From contig CANQGF010000003.1 in NCBI GenBank assembly GCA_947601485.1, forward strand, positions 1-54,041: a stretch of DNA of 54,041 bases, in the 5' to 3' direction. Position numbers and translations under genes: made by a program. The number at the start of each line of letters is the position of its first letter. The stretch's first letter is position 1. This document shows, one piece after another, positions 10,530 to 20,489 of the stretch. Source of the stretch: an uncultured Bacilli bacterium (lineage in GTDB: Bacteria > Bacillota_I > Bacilli_A > RF39 > UBA660). A model generated the notes under the pieces. That model was not told the origin of the DNA and searched no databases. It worked only from the letters and a program-made list of their open reading frames with translations.

Positions 10530-10985
10530 AGAGCTACCTATATATGAAATTTCTAAATTAGAATTTTTATTATTATTTAGATAAATATTGATTTTAAGAT
10601 AAGCGTTGTAATTATCTTTGTAATAAATTATATGTCCACATTTACTTATATTTTTAAATTGCCAGTTCATTTTGGTGCCACCAAACGTCACATATTCGAT
10701 TTTATCATCACTTACATTTACAAACGTTTCTCCTTCTTCAAAAGTGAATTTAAGTTCTAAACCATTGGAACTTTCATTATCCACTTTTAGAAGTTTACTA
10801 TTTTTTAAATCATTTTGGACTTCTCTTACAAATTTCAATTTATTTAAAGAAATATCAAAATCGTTATTAACATTGATCTCATCTCTTTTAATGTTATTTA
10901 TTACTGATAATAAAAGAGTTAATACCGTTCCAACCAACACAACCGCCACTAATAATTCGACTAAAGTCATTCCTCTACGATTCAT
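10476..10985 (-). CDS. Type IV pilin-like protein (class III signal peptide)
   Basis: MNRRG|MTLVELLVAVVLVG with Glu at +5 and a hydrophobic helix; GGTGA RBS before 10985. Confidence 0.85.
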   Translation of the reverse strand: MNRRGMTLVELLVAVVLVGTVLTLLLSVINNIKRDEINVNNDFDISLNKLKFVREVQNDLKNSKLLKVDNESSNGLELKFTFEEGETFVNVSDDKIEYVTFGGTKMNWQFKNISKCGHIIYYKDNYNAYLKINIYLNNNKNSNLEISYIGSSLNMGNEKIDKDIGTCTN

Positions 10986-11544
10986 AATTATCACCACTTT
11001 CAGGGATATTATTGTAAAATACATTGCATTCATTTGTACCATTTGACATTATTTCAAAATAGATACCATTGAAATTGACAACTGTATTTACATTATCATT
11101 CTGACAATCATAAGTAAAATCATTAACTAAAGAAGAATCAGGCACAAAAATGGTTTTTTCACCATTTATATATAAACTTAATACTACATCATTAAAAATT
11201 TGAAAATCCACTTCGCAAGTAGCATTATCACTCGCCTCTAGTTTAAAATTACCTGTTTTATCATTAAACTTAATTGTCCCATCATCACATATTTCATTTA
11301 AAACAACGTAATTTTTTAAAGGCACATACTCAATTAATTCTTTCCCATTATCATAAACTGAATATAAATTAATCCTACTATCGTTTAAACTAGTTTCTAA
11401 AAAACTCATTTTAATTCTTTTTTTATACTCATTAAGTAAATGTTTTTCATTAATTACACTTGTAATTAAAAATGTCATTAAAGTAAGAAAAACAAGGAAA
11501 AATGTATAAATTAAGGCCATTGAAATAAATCCATTCTTCTTCAT
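10975..11544 (-). CDS. Minor pilin-like protein lacking Glu+5 (PilX/GspK/ComGG-like)
   Basis: MKKNG|FISMALIYTFFLVFL; paired Cys residues in the C-terminal domain; overlaps the downstream pilin gene. Confidence 0.65.
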   Translation of the reverse strand: MKKNGFISMALIYTFFLVFLTLMTFLITSVINEKHLLNEYKKRIKMSFLETSLNDSRINLYSVYDNGKELIEYVPLKNYVVLNEICDDGTIKFNDKTGNFKLEASDNATCEVDFQIFNDVVLSLYINGEKTIFVPDSSLVNDFTYDCQNDNVNTVVNFNGIYFEIMSNGTNECNVFYNNIPESGDNYES

Positions 11545-11546
11545 CT

Positions 11547-12041
11547 TTACACACTTACCCAACTATAATAATTATGACAATTATTATTTACACATGTTTG
11601 ATAATTAAAAGCCATAACTATTTCACTATCAATATCGATATTAATTTTTTTTAAATAAGTAGCAAAATCTTTAGAAATAGTAAAATTACAACTGTTAGAA
11701 TACAGACAATTCTTCATTTCTTTTAATTTATCTTTCTTAAACAAAATAACAGACTCTATTTCAAAATCTTGCCATATTTGTTTTTCAAATGCACTATTAT
11801 ATTCTTCTTTATCTATCATCAAAAAACCTTGATTATTATTTAAAGTATCTTTATATTCATTTTTATATAATAAATCTTTTAAATACTCACTTCGATATAT
11901 AAAATTAACATCATCATAGTAAATATTATTATTAACTGTTTGTATAATTCTTTTAAAAGTTCCGTATAGTAAAAGTAAAGAAGATGTCAAAATAATTGTA
12001 GCCATTATAGTTTCCAAAAAAGCAAAGCCTTTTTTTTGCAT
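11547..12041 (-). CDS. Type IV pilin-like protein
   Basis: MQKKG|FAFLETIMATIIL with Glu+5; two Cys pairs; GAGGTG RBS. Confidence 0.8.
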   Translation of the reverse strand: MQKKGFAFLETIMATIILTSSLLLLYGTFKRIIQTVNNNIYYDDVNFIYRSEYLKDLLYKNEYKDTLNNNQGFLMIDKEEYNSAFEKQIWQDFEIESVILFKKDKLKEMKNCLYSNSCNFTISKDFATYLKKINIDIDSEIVMAFNYQTCVNNNCHNYYSWVSV

Positions 12042-12175
12042 ATCTAACACCTCTTTATCTTTAAACTACTATAATTATAACTTAAAGAATCTTATTAAGC
12101 AATTATATTTTAAAAAAGATATTGATATTTTAAGGTAGATATTGATATTATTAAAATGTAAGATTGGGTGAAAAC

Positions 12176-12724
12176 ATGAATATTAAATACGATATTAACA
12201 CTGGGAACATTTGGAATGAAAATAATCAAGTTAAAAATGTTAATGCCCATTATAATTACACAACTATTTTAAATATGGAAAATAAAATAGAAATGGCTCA
12301 AAAAATATTAAATGAATATCAAACGGACTTAAAAATTATTAAAGATAAAAATTTTATTAAAAAACTACTAGGTAGCTTACTTGGCATAACTAGTATAGTT
12401 ATCTTTGTAAAACTTATAAAATATTTTACTATTAGTAAATGTATTATTGGTTTTATTTTTGCAATCTTATCACCATTTATATATAAATCAAATGATAAAT
12501 ATAGCGAAGTTGTATTAAATGAAAAAATCCATATTATCAAGAATATCCTTAATGATATGGAAGTAAAACTTAATGATATAAGTTTAGAAAAAAACATAAC
12601 ACTCACTAATCAAAAAACAATTTTTTTAGTTTCAGGTAAAGCTTTAGAAGAAGAAATTAAAACTACCATTAATGAAACTTATAAAGAACAAAAAGTAAGT
12701 AAGACTTTAAAAAGAATTAAATGA
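12176..12724 (+). CDS. Hypothetical membrane protein (2 TM flanked by coiled-coil-like segments)
   Basis: GGGTGA RBS before ATG 12176; promoter TTGATA-N18-TATTAT upstream; two hydrophobic segments. Confidence 0.75.
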   Translation: MNIKYDINTGNIWNENNQVKNVNAHYNYTTILNMENKIEMAQKILNEYQTDLKIIKDKNFIKKLLGSLLGITSIVIFVKLIKYFTISKCIIGFIFAILSPFIYKSNDKYSEVVLNEKIHIIKNILNDMEVKLNDISLEKNITLTNQKTIFLVSGKALEEEIKTTINETYKEQKVSKTLKRIK

Positions 12725-12725
12725 T

Positions 12726-14204
12726 TTATTTATAAGTTATATCTTTATTACTTGGGCCTTTTAAACAATGTCCATCTATTGTAAATCTAGAAGCATGGCA
12801 AGGACAATCCCATGTTTTATCAACTTCATTAAAAATTAAACTACAACCCATGTGGGGACATCTATTATAAACTTTATATTCAATATTGCCTTCTTTATAT
12901 ATAGCAATATTTTCCCCATTAATATTTTGAAAAGTTATATTATGATACCAATCTTTATCTTTATTAATTTTGCTTTTTAAATATCCTTTAGCACTATCAA
13001 ATAAATTAACAAATTTATTATCAATATTTTTAATATTACTAACTCTTAAAGGATCACATAAAGTTTGATATTTACTTTTTCCTTTAACAATTAAATCACT
13101 CAAAATAATTCCCGCTAAAGTCCCATTAGTCATACCCCATGTATTAAAACCGGTTCCAATTAAAATAGTATTATCACCATCTTTTATATATCCAATATAA
13201 GGTATTTTATCTAAAGTTATTAAATCATCATTCTTCCATGCATAATTTACTTTTAAACCATATTTTTTGATATCATCAATTACTTTTTCATAATTTTTTT
13301 GTTCATCTAAATTGTCACTAATATTGGTAGAGTTACTTAAGTAAATTAAATAATTTTGAAAATATCTAACTGATTGACAAGGATTTTTACTAGTTATATA
13401 TGTTAATGCGTTCCATTTATCTTTGGCAGCAATGATATAAGATTTTTCAATATTGGTTTTAATCGGTAAAAAATAAGGAAACAAAAAGTATGGATAATGA
13501 TTTGCTAAAACTATTTTTTTAGCTTTAATTATATGTTTATCTGTATAACAATTATAATATTCGCCACTTTTTTTGATATCGAATATTTTAGTATTTTCAT
13601 ATATTTTTCTTTTAAACTTAAGACATATTTTCTTTAAATTTAATAAATATTTAACAGGATGAAATACATAAGTATCTAAAGCTCTTATGGCATATAAATT
13701 ATTGGCATAAAGAATTTTGCCATGATATTCTTTAATATTAGCTCCAAAAGATGTTAATAAATCTTTTTCATTGACAATATCTTTTATATCATCTTCTTTA
13801 TCAGTATAAACAAAAGATTCTACCTTTTTAAAATCACAAGCTATTTTTTCTTTTTTAATGGTATTTTTTAAATACTTTATTGCATCAATTTGACTTTCAT
13901 AATACATTTTAGCTGTATCATAATTTTTTTCTTTTAAGATATCACTATAAATTAATTCTTGTAAATAATTTATTTTTCCTGTTGTGTGTCCACTTAATCC
14001 ATGAGCAATTAAGGAAGCATCAACTAAAATGACATTTAAATTACTATCTTTTAAGTTATATAAAGTAGTAAGTCCCGTTATACCTCCCCCAATAATTAAA
14101 ACATCACAAGTAATATCTTCATTTAATGTTTCATAAGAATCATTATAATTAGAAAGCCATATACTTTCTAATTTAATATTATCAAAAATTGATTTATTAC
14201 TCAT
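12726..14204 (-). CDS. yhfW: FAD-dependent oxidoreductase with C-terminal Rieske domain (YhfW-like)
   Basis: GGGITG Rossmann motif, TGFNTWGMT, Rieske motifs CPHMGC and CPCHASRF. Confidence 0.9.
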   Translation of the reverse strand: MSNKSIFDNIKLESIWLSNYNDSYETLNEDITCDVLIIGGGITGLTTLYNLKDSNLNVILVDASLIAHGLSGHTTGKINYLQELIYSDILKEKNYDTAKMYYESQIDAIKYLKNTIKKEKIACDFKKVESFVYTDKEDDIKDIVNEKDLLTSFGANIKEYHGKILYANNLYAIRALDTYVFHPVKYLLNLKKICLKFKRKIYENTKIFDIKKSGEYYNCYTDKHIIKAKKIVLANHYPYFLFPYFLPIKTNIEKSYIIAAKDKWNALTYITSKNPCQSVRYFQNYLIYLSNSTNISDNLDEQKNYEKVIDDIKKYGLKVNYAWKNDDLITLDKIPYIGYIKDGDNTILIGTGFNTWGMTNGTLAGIILSDLIVKGKSKYQTLCDPLRVSNIKNIDNKFVNLFDSAKGYLKSKINKDKDWYHNITFQNINGENIAIYKEGNIEYKVYNRCPHMGCSLIFNEVDKTWDCPCHASRFTIDGHCLKGPSNKDITYK

Positions 14205-14218
14205 CTTATCACCATTAA

Positions 14219-14228
14219 TAGTATGGCC
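14219..14228 (-). promoter_or_regulatory. Possible forespore (sigma-F/G-type) -10 element for yhfW
   Basis: GGCCATACTA on the minus strand just upstream of the RBS resembles the Bacillus sigma-F/G -10 consensus; -35 match is imperfect. Confidence 0.45.
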
Positions 14229-14266
14229 GGATAATTAAAAATTATCTTCTTCAAATAATTATCATA

Positions 14267-14295
14267 AAAAAATACTGAAGTAAATCTTCAGCATT
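14267..14295 (-). terminator. Intrinsic terminator after alaS
   Basis: Minus strand AATGCTGAAG-ATTTA-CTTCAGTATT followed by TTTT. Confidence 0.8.
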
Positions 14296-16063
14296 ATTCT
14301 AATACACCTTTAATTCTTCTTACCCCTGCACTAGATGATTCTTCTTTGGTAATTTTAAAATGACCTAAAACACCAGTATTTTTAACATGGGGTCCTCCGC
14401 AAATTTCTTTTGATAAAGAGCCAATCGTGTATACTTTAACTATTTCCCCATATTTATCTTGAAAAGTTCCATGAGCTCCTTCAGCTTTGGCTTGTTCATA
14501 AGGTATTTCTTCAAAAGTAACTGGGGTATTGGTTTTAATCATTTCATTTACCCGATCTTCAATTTTCTTCTTTTCTTCATCAGTTAATTTATGATCCAAA
14601 TTAAAGTCAAAACGAATACGCTCTGGTGTAATATTACATCCTTTTTGATATATATCTTTACCATATATTTCTTGTAAAGTAGCAAGAAGTAAATGCGCAA
14701 GTGTATGATATTTAATTGATTCTTCTGAAGTATCAGCAAGTCCTCCTTTAAAGGAACCAGCATCAATCGTTCTAGATTTTTCTTGATGCATCTTAAAGGC
14801 TTCTTCAAATCCTTTAATATCAACATTTAAATTATTTTCTTTAGCAAGTTCTTCCGTCATTTCAATCGGAAAACCAAAAGTATCAAATAATTTAAAAGCA
14901 TCATCACCACTTAAGGTATTACCATCTAAATTTTTAATAGTTTTATAAAATAATCTTTCGCCATCTTTTAAAGTCTTACTAAACTTATTATATTCTTTTT
15001 CAAGTTCAGCTAAAACTTTATCTTTATTTCTTTTTAATTCTTCATAAACATTACTATATTCATCAATATATATATTAGCTAAATCATTTAAAACATATTC
15101 TTCAATATTTAATTTCTTTAAGTGTCTTATAACTCTTCTTAATAATCTTCTTAAAACATAACCGGCACCTACATTAGATGGTGTAATACCATGATCATCA
15201 GCTAAAATAAAAGTACTTGTTCTTAAATGATCCATAATTATACGAAAAGAAATTTTATTATCTTCATATTTTAAATGCGATAATTCTTCTAATTTTTGTT
15301 TAATACCTGCAAAAATTTCAGAATCATAAACACTTTCATAACCATTTAAAACCGTTATTGTTCTTTCAAGTCCCATTCCTGTATCAACGTTTTGTTGCTT
15401 TAATTTAGAAAGATTTCCATTTTCATCTTTATAAAATTCCATAAAAACATCATTCCAAATTTCTAAATATTTACCACAAGAACAAGCAGGACTACAATCC
15501 TCTCCACATGCTGGTTTTCCTGTATCATAAAACATTTCTGTATCGGGTCCACATGGACCAATGCCACTTCCTAAAATCCAAAAATTATTTTCTTTTGGCA
15601 AATAAAATAAATGATCTTCACTAACACCTAAACTGCGCCAAATATTATAACTTTCTTCATCTTTAGGAGCAACTTCATCGCCAGCAAAAACTGTAAAATA
15701 TAATTTATCTTTAGGAATACCCAAATATTCTTTACTGGTTAAAAATTCATAACTATATTTGATAGCGTCTTCTTTAAAGTAAGCACCTAAACTCCAGTTA
15801 CCTAGCATTTCAAAAAATGTTAAATGTGAACTATCTCCTACTTCATCGATGTCACTTGTTCTAATACATTTTTGGACATCTGTTAATTTATTACCACTTG
15901 GATGATGTTCGCCAAGAAGATATGGTACAAGTGGATGCATACCAGCGGTTGTAAATAAAACAGTTGGATCATTTTCTGGCACAATAGAGGCTGAACTTAT
16001 AATCTTATGACCCTTACTTTCAAAAAATTTTAAATATTTGCTTCTTAATTCATTAGCTGTCAT
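14294..16063 (-). CDS. alaS: Alanine--tRNA ligase, short form (589 aa, no C-Ala domain)
   Basis: DPTVLFTTAGM, HLTFFEMLGNWS, DTGMGLER; editing motifs HTLAH and CGGPH; ends right after AGVRRI. Confidence 0.97.
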   Translation of the reverse strand: MTANELRSKYLKFFESKGHKIISSASIVPENDPTVLFTTAGMHPLVPYLLGEHHPSGNKLTDVQKCIRTSDIDEVGDSSHLTFFEMLGNWSLGAYFKEDAIKYSYEFLTSKEYLGIPKDKLYFTVFAGDEVAPKDEESYNIWRSLGVSEDHLFYLPKENNFWILGSGIGPCGPDTEMFYDTGKPACGEDCSPACSCGKYLEIWNDVFMEFYKDENGNLSKLKQQNVDTGMGLERTITVLNGYESVYDSEIFAGIKQKLEELSHLKYEDNKISFRIIMDHLRTSTFILADDHGITPSNVGAGYVLRRLLRRVIRHLKKLNIEEYVLNDLANIYIDEYSNVYEELKRNKDKVLAELEKEYNKFSKTLKDGERLFYKTIKNLDGNTLSGDDAFKLFDTFGFPIEMTEELAKENNLNVDIKGFEEAFKMHQEKSRTIDAGSFKGGLADTSEESIKYHTLAHLLLATLQEIYGKDIYQKGCNITPERIRFDFNLDHKLTDEEKKKIEDRVNEMIKTNTPVTFEEIPYEQAKAEGAHGTFQDKYGEIVKVYTIGSLSKEICGGPHVKNTGVLGHFKITKEESSSAGVRRIKGVLE

Positions 16064-16587
16064 TATTTAATACCCTCCAAAAATTTAAAAACTTTATCTC
16101 TTAATGAATCTTTTTCATCATTAGCAATGATATAATCAAATTCTTCATAATTATCTAATGCTGTTTCAGAAATATGTGCTTGTTGTTCTACAGAAAGGGG
16201 ACTTTTACCGAATTGATTTTCTACACAAATAGCATAAACATTATCATAATTTAGTTTAACTTCTTCAATTTCAACTGGATATCTCACATCCGCAACCACA
16301 ACATTTTCAACGTAATCTTGATAAACACTTAAATTATCAAGCATCTTTTTGACAAAGAATTTATCATCAATTCCTCTTATATGATCTCCAAGTTCTTGTA
16401 AAAAAGTTCTGGGTTTTGTATTAGGGTTACCATCCCAATCAGTAAGTTCCACAGCAATATCTTTAAGTGGTTTACTATATTCAGTAATAACACATTTTTG
16501 AAGTTTATAAACATAATATTCCTTAATTAATTTTGCCACTTCACCTTTTCCACTACCTGCTTTTCCTGCAATCAAAAATATTCTCAC
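16063..16587 (-). CDS. P-loop nucleoside monophosphate kinase-like protein (phage dNMP kinase / phosphomevalonate kinase-like)
   Basis: Walker A GKAGSGKG, PRTFLQELG, VADVRYPVE and HISE motifs; GTG start; TAATG overlap with alaS. Confidence 0.75.
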   Translation of the reverse strand: MRIFLIAGKAGSGKGEVAKLIKEYYVYKLQKCVITEYSKPLKDIAVELTDWDGNPNTKPRTFLQELGDHIRGIDDKFFVKKMLDNLSVYQDYVENVVVADVRYPVEIEEVKLNYDNVYAICVENQFGKSPLSVEQQAHISETALDNYEEFDYIIANDEKDSLRDKVFKFLEGIK

Positions 16588-16611
16588 AAAAATACCTTCT
16601 TTCTTTTTTTA

Positions 16612-16795
16612 AAAATAAAAAGGACGATGCCAAGGAGTCAAAATTGACGGTACCATCCTTTATTTAACTTTATTATTCTGATAACGTAGAATAGACGTTT
16701 AATCTCCCAAAGCAGCAATATTTATCTATATTTATTAGTTTCCACCATCCACTAATTCTCTATGAAACAAAGTTAAATACCTCTTTTTTCATCGA
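16612..16795 (-). promoter_or_regulatory. T-box riboswitch (Ala specifier)
   Basis: AGAGA bulge and GGTGGAA distal loop closed by ATTAGT/ACTAAT; GCT codons at 16711-16716; antiterminator AAGGA-TGGTACC-GTCAA-TT-TTGAC-TCCTT; U-tract; upstream of alaS. Confidence 0.92.
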
Positions 16796-16829
16796 TTACT
16801 TTCATAATATATCATATTTTTTTTATTTT

Positions 16830-17963
16830 TTAAATACTTTTTTTACTATTTAATTTCTCTTCTGTAAAATTTAGAATTACTCTTAAAAGAGTTAAAATAG
16901 GAGCTGCTAAAATCATACCAATTATTCCAAAGAAATGTCCAAAAACAAGTAAGGCAATAATAATTAAGACAGGATGAGTTTGACTAGCTTTACTCATTAC
17001 AATAGGTTGTAATATATAATTTTCAACAATTTGAACAATTACGCAAATAATAAGGGTTCCAATACCAATTAAAGGATCTTGAGTTAATCCGACAATAACG
17101 GCCGCTGCACCACCAATATATGGTCCAATAAAAGGAATTAAATCTGTAAGACCACATATAGCTCCGAATAAAAGAGGTGCTCTTAAACCAACTAAAGCAA
17201 AACCAATCGAATCACCAATTAAAACTAATAATGCAACTAAAAAGGTCCCATTAACACATTTTCTAACTTCGATTCCAATTCTACTCACCAAAACACTTAA
17301 ATCATCTTGGACTTTACTTGGGAACAATTTTTTAAAATGTTTACCAACATTATCATAATCAATTAGTAAATAAAGACCTATAATAAGACCCATCCCAAAG
17401 GTGCCAATACCATTAAATAATGCTATCACAAAACCTATAACATTATTAGGTAAATCACTAGCTATTTCAGTACTATAATTAGTTATAGTTAATAATAATT
17501 TATCCTTAAAGTCATTTAAATTTAAGCCACTTTCTTGAAAATTAGTAAATATTTCATTGATTTTAGAAGTAGCACTTTCAACAAAGCTTGGTAACATACC
17601 GACAAGTTCATTAACTTCATTATAAAATGTTGGAATAAATATATAAAGTAAAATACCTAAAACCAAAGCAAAAACTGCAAAAACAATTATGGAACTTATA
17701 GTATTGTTTTTTATCTTTTTGTCTAATTTTAGAACTAGTGGTCTAAATAACCAAGCAAAAGCAAAGCCAATAAAGAAAGGACTAATAACTTTCAATAAAG
17801 TCATAACAAAAGGTAAAACTAATAAAACTTTACAAGCTACAATACCAACTAATATTAATGTGGCAATAAAAACTATGTATAATAATTTTAAGATTTTTTT
17901 TGATAAACTAATAACTTCATTTAATTCTTGCTTATTTATCTCTTTATCATTAATTTTTTGCAT
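16830..17963 (-). CDS. AI-2E family transporter (YrrI-like)
   Basis: Multi-TM; LIPFIGPYIG, QIVENYILQP and HP...FGIIGMILAAP motifs; recD2-AI-2E-alaS order as in Bacillus. Confidence 0.92.
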   Translation of the reverse strand: MQKINDKEINKQELNEVISLSKKILKLLYIVFIATLILVGIVACKVLLVLPFVMTLLKVISPFFIGFAFAWLFRPLVLKLDKKIKNNTISSIIVFAVFALVLGILLYIFIPTFYNEVNELVGMLPSFVESATSKINEIFTNFQESGLNLNDFKDKLLLTITNYSTEIASDLPNNVIGFVIALFNGIGTFGMGLIIGLYLLIDYDNVGKHFKKLFPSKVQDDLSVLVSRIGIEVRKCVNGTFLVALLVLIGDSIGFALVGLRAPLLFGAICGLTDLIPFIGPYIGGAAAVIVGLTQDPLIGIGTLIICVIVQIVENYILQPIVMSKASQTHPVLIIIALLVFGHFFGIIGMILAAPILTLLRVILNFTEEKLNSKKSI

Positions 17964-18020
17964 TCTATCACTTCCTTACTTTAAGTATACTATAATTTTT
18001 TAAAAATACAATTATTTATT

Positions 18021-18050
18021 AAAAAAGCACACATTTGATTTTATGTGTAC
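18021..18050 (-). terminator. Intrinsic terminator after the small ORF
   Basis: Minus strand GTACACAT...ATGTGTGC followed by TTTTTT. Confidence 0.75.
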
Positions 18051-18208
18051 TAATTATTTTTACCAGTAGCTAGGTTATTGGCTTTGTCTAACATGTTATT
18101 TATTAGTTTGTCAGCTTTGTCTTTAGTATTTTTATTCATTAAAATATATGATCCTACTCCAATCATACTAGCCATCGCCATACAAGCTATCATTTCCATT
18201 TTTTTCAT
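18050..18208 (-). CDS. 52-aa small protein absent from the ORF track, YrzQ/DUF3918-like by position
   Basis: MKKMEMIACMAMASMIGVGSYILMNKNTKDKADKLINNMLDKANNLATGKNN; GAGGTG RBS; terminator directly downstream; same position as B. subtilis yrzQ between recD2 and yrrI. Confidence 0.75.
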   Translation of the reverse strand: MKKMEMIACMAMASMIGVGSYILMNKNTKDKADKLINNMLDKANNLATGKNN

Positions 18209-18237
18209 CAGTTCACCTCAATTTTATTATGAACTAA

Positions 18238-20445
18238 TTATTTATCTTTATGTATAAATTTTTCTTGTAAACGCATTTTCAATGTCGTTTTACGTACTTC
18301 TCCATAATCATTCATAACCCCTTTATAAAATACTTTAGCATCACCAATAATAATTAAGCTTTTTTTAGCACGACTTACTCCAGTATACAATATTTTATTA
18401 TAAAGCATTCCACCATATTGATAAGTAATCGGCATAATGACATGATCAAATTCACTACCCTGACTTTTATGAATTGTTATTGCATAAGCATGTCTAATAT
18501 TTTTTAAATCTTTTTTGGGAATATTTACAATATTACCATCAAAATCAATCGTTATCATTTCTTTTTTATAAGGAGAACCCATCATGTCAATTTTTGTAAT
18601 AAAACCAATATCACCATTAAAAACATTGTTATCAGCATCATTTACAAGTTGTAAAACTTTATCTCCTATTTTATAAGTAACATCCCCATAAGTAATTTCT
18701 TTAAGCCCTTTATGAGGATTAAAAATATTACACAACATTTTATTTAAATTATCTATACCATTTTCACCTTTGTACATAGGGGCTAAAACTTGTAAATTAT
18801 TTTCATCATAACCTTTACTAATACCAGCTTCAATTATTTTTTTGATAGTTTCTAAAATATTCTTACTATCGACAGCAATAAAATTATAATCATCTTTTTT
18901 ACTTAAAAACTCTTCTGTCAAATCTTTATTCTTAATTTCTCTAGCTAAATATGGAATATAAGAATTTTCACTTTGACGATAAATATAATTTAAAGATACA
19001 AAATTAAATAAATCACTATCTATCAAATCATTTAAAACAAGCCCAGGTCCAACCGATGGAAGCTGATTAAAATCCCCAACTAAAATTAATTTAACATAAC
19101 TATATACACCTTTTAAAAGAGATGCAAAAAGATTTGAGTCAATCATACTTACTTCATCAACTATAATAAGTTTTTGATAATTTTTATTATTTTCAGTAAC
19201 ACCAAAACTATTACTTTCTTTATTCCATTTTAAATATCTATGTATTGTTTGAGCAGGTAGTCCCGTAGCTAAACTCATTTTTTTGGCTGCTCTACCAGTC
19301 GGAGCTAACAAAGCAATATTTTCAATAATGTTGTAATTATTTAATTTATATTTATCAATATATAATTTGATAATAGCTTTAATAATTGTTGTTTTACCAG
19401 TTCCCGGTCCTCCTGATATAATGGAAACATTATTATTTAGGGAAGTAGCTATCGCTTTTATTTGATCGTCATTATAAGTAATGTGTAAAGTTTCTTCCAT
19501 TTGCTGAATTTTTTCTGTATAGTCATCTGGGTTAACCCTTTTTTCTTCGATTTTTTGCAAAGATTCAGCAATAACTATTTCTGACTCATAATATTCTTGC
19601 AAATAAATTCGTTCTTCATCTCTTACAATAAATAATTCAGTTTCTAATTCCTGTAAATATTCTTGAAATACTTCATAATCAATTTGAATTTTAAATAATT
19701 TATCTAAATAACTAAAAACATCTGAAGAATGATAATAAATATCACCTAAATTCATCGATATAGCTTTCATAACTTCGATAATGCAAGCTTTTACTCTTCT
19801 TTTATCATAAGCATCATGATAATTATTTAAAAATATACTATCTAATCTTTTAAATTCAATAACTTCATTCAATAAATATAAATTATTTTCTAATATATCT
19901 TCAATTCTATCTTTATATTTAATATAAATTTTACCAGCTTCTTCAATCGAAAAACCTAGATTTTTAATTTTTAAAATAACATCTGAACTTTTAGTATAAT
20001 TAATTAAAGAGTCATAAATTTTATCCCGTGTTTTCTCGGTAACACCCTCAACTTTATCTAAAGCAAATTTATTTTTTCTAATAACCTCTAATGTATTACT
20101 ACCAAAAACCGCAACAATTTTTTCTGCCGTTTTTTTGCCACAGCCTTTTACAAATGAACTACTTAAAAATTCAATAATATCATCATTTTCTTTTGGAGTT
20201 ATATATTCATAATTATTAAATTTAAATTGATTACCAAATTTTTCATGATAAATAAACTCCCCTTCAATCTGGATGGGAGTCTCTAATTTTAAATCCAAAA
20301 CATTACCAGTTATTGTTATCGTTTTCTTTAGATAATTGCTCTCTTCTTCATTACTAACTTTAGAAATTCGAAACAAAGCTACTAAATAACTATTAGTTTC
20401 ATTATAATAAATTGTACTTTTTATTTTTCCTTCTAAAATGCTCAT
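18238..20445 (-). CDS. recD2: ATP-dependent RecD-like DNA helicase RecD2
   Basis: GGPGTGKTT, APTGRAAK, VDEVSM, GDFNQLPSVGPG, AYAITIHKSQGSEF; N-terminal HhH region. Confidence 0.96.
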   Translation of the reverse strand: MSILEGKIKSTIYYNETNSYLVALFRISKVSNEEESNYLKKTITITGNVLDLKLETPIQIEGEFIYHEKFGNQFKFNNYEYITPKENDDIIEFLSSSFVKGCGKKTAEKIVAVFGSNTLEVIRKNKFALDKVEGVTEKTRDKIYDSLINYTKSSDVILKIKNLGFSIEEAGKIYIKYKDRIEDILENNLYLLNEVIEFKRLDSIFLNNYHDAYDKRRVKACIIEVMKAISMNLGDIYYHSSDVFSYLDKLFKIQIDYEVFQEYLQELETELFIVRDEERIYLQEYYESEIVIAESLQKIEEKRVNPDDYTEKIQQMEETLHITYNDDQIKAIATSLNNNVSIISGGPGTGKTTIIKAIIKLYIDKYKLNNYNIIENIALLAPTGRAAKKMSLATGLPAQTIHRYLKWNKESNSFGVTENNKNYQKLIIVDEVSMIDSNLFASLLKGVYSYVKLILVGDFNQLPSVGPGLVLNDLIDSDLFNFVSLNYIYRQSENSYIPYLAREIKNKDLTEEFLSKKDDYNFIAVDSKNILETIKKIIEAGISKGYDENNLQVLAPMYKGENGIDNLNKMLCNIFNPHKGLKEITYGDVTYKIGDKVLQLVNDADNNVFNGDIGFITKIDMMGSPYKKEMITIDFDGNIVNIPKKDLKNIRHAYAITIHKSQGSEFDHVIMPITYQYGGMLYNKILYTGVSRAKKSLIIIGDAKVFYKGVMNDYGEVRKTTLKMRLQEKFIHKDK

Positions 20446-20489
20446 AAACTAATTATACTCTAAAAATATTAGAACAACAATGATAATTT

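Noticed and set aside
14294-16063. alaS as a truncated pseudogene
   Set aside because: Catalytic and editing motifs are intact, the ORF ends at a domain boundary followed by a terminator, and it retains a T-box
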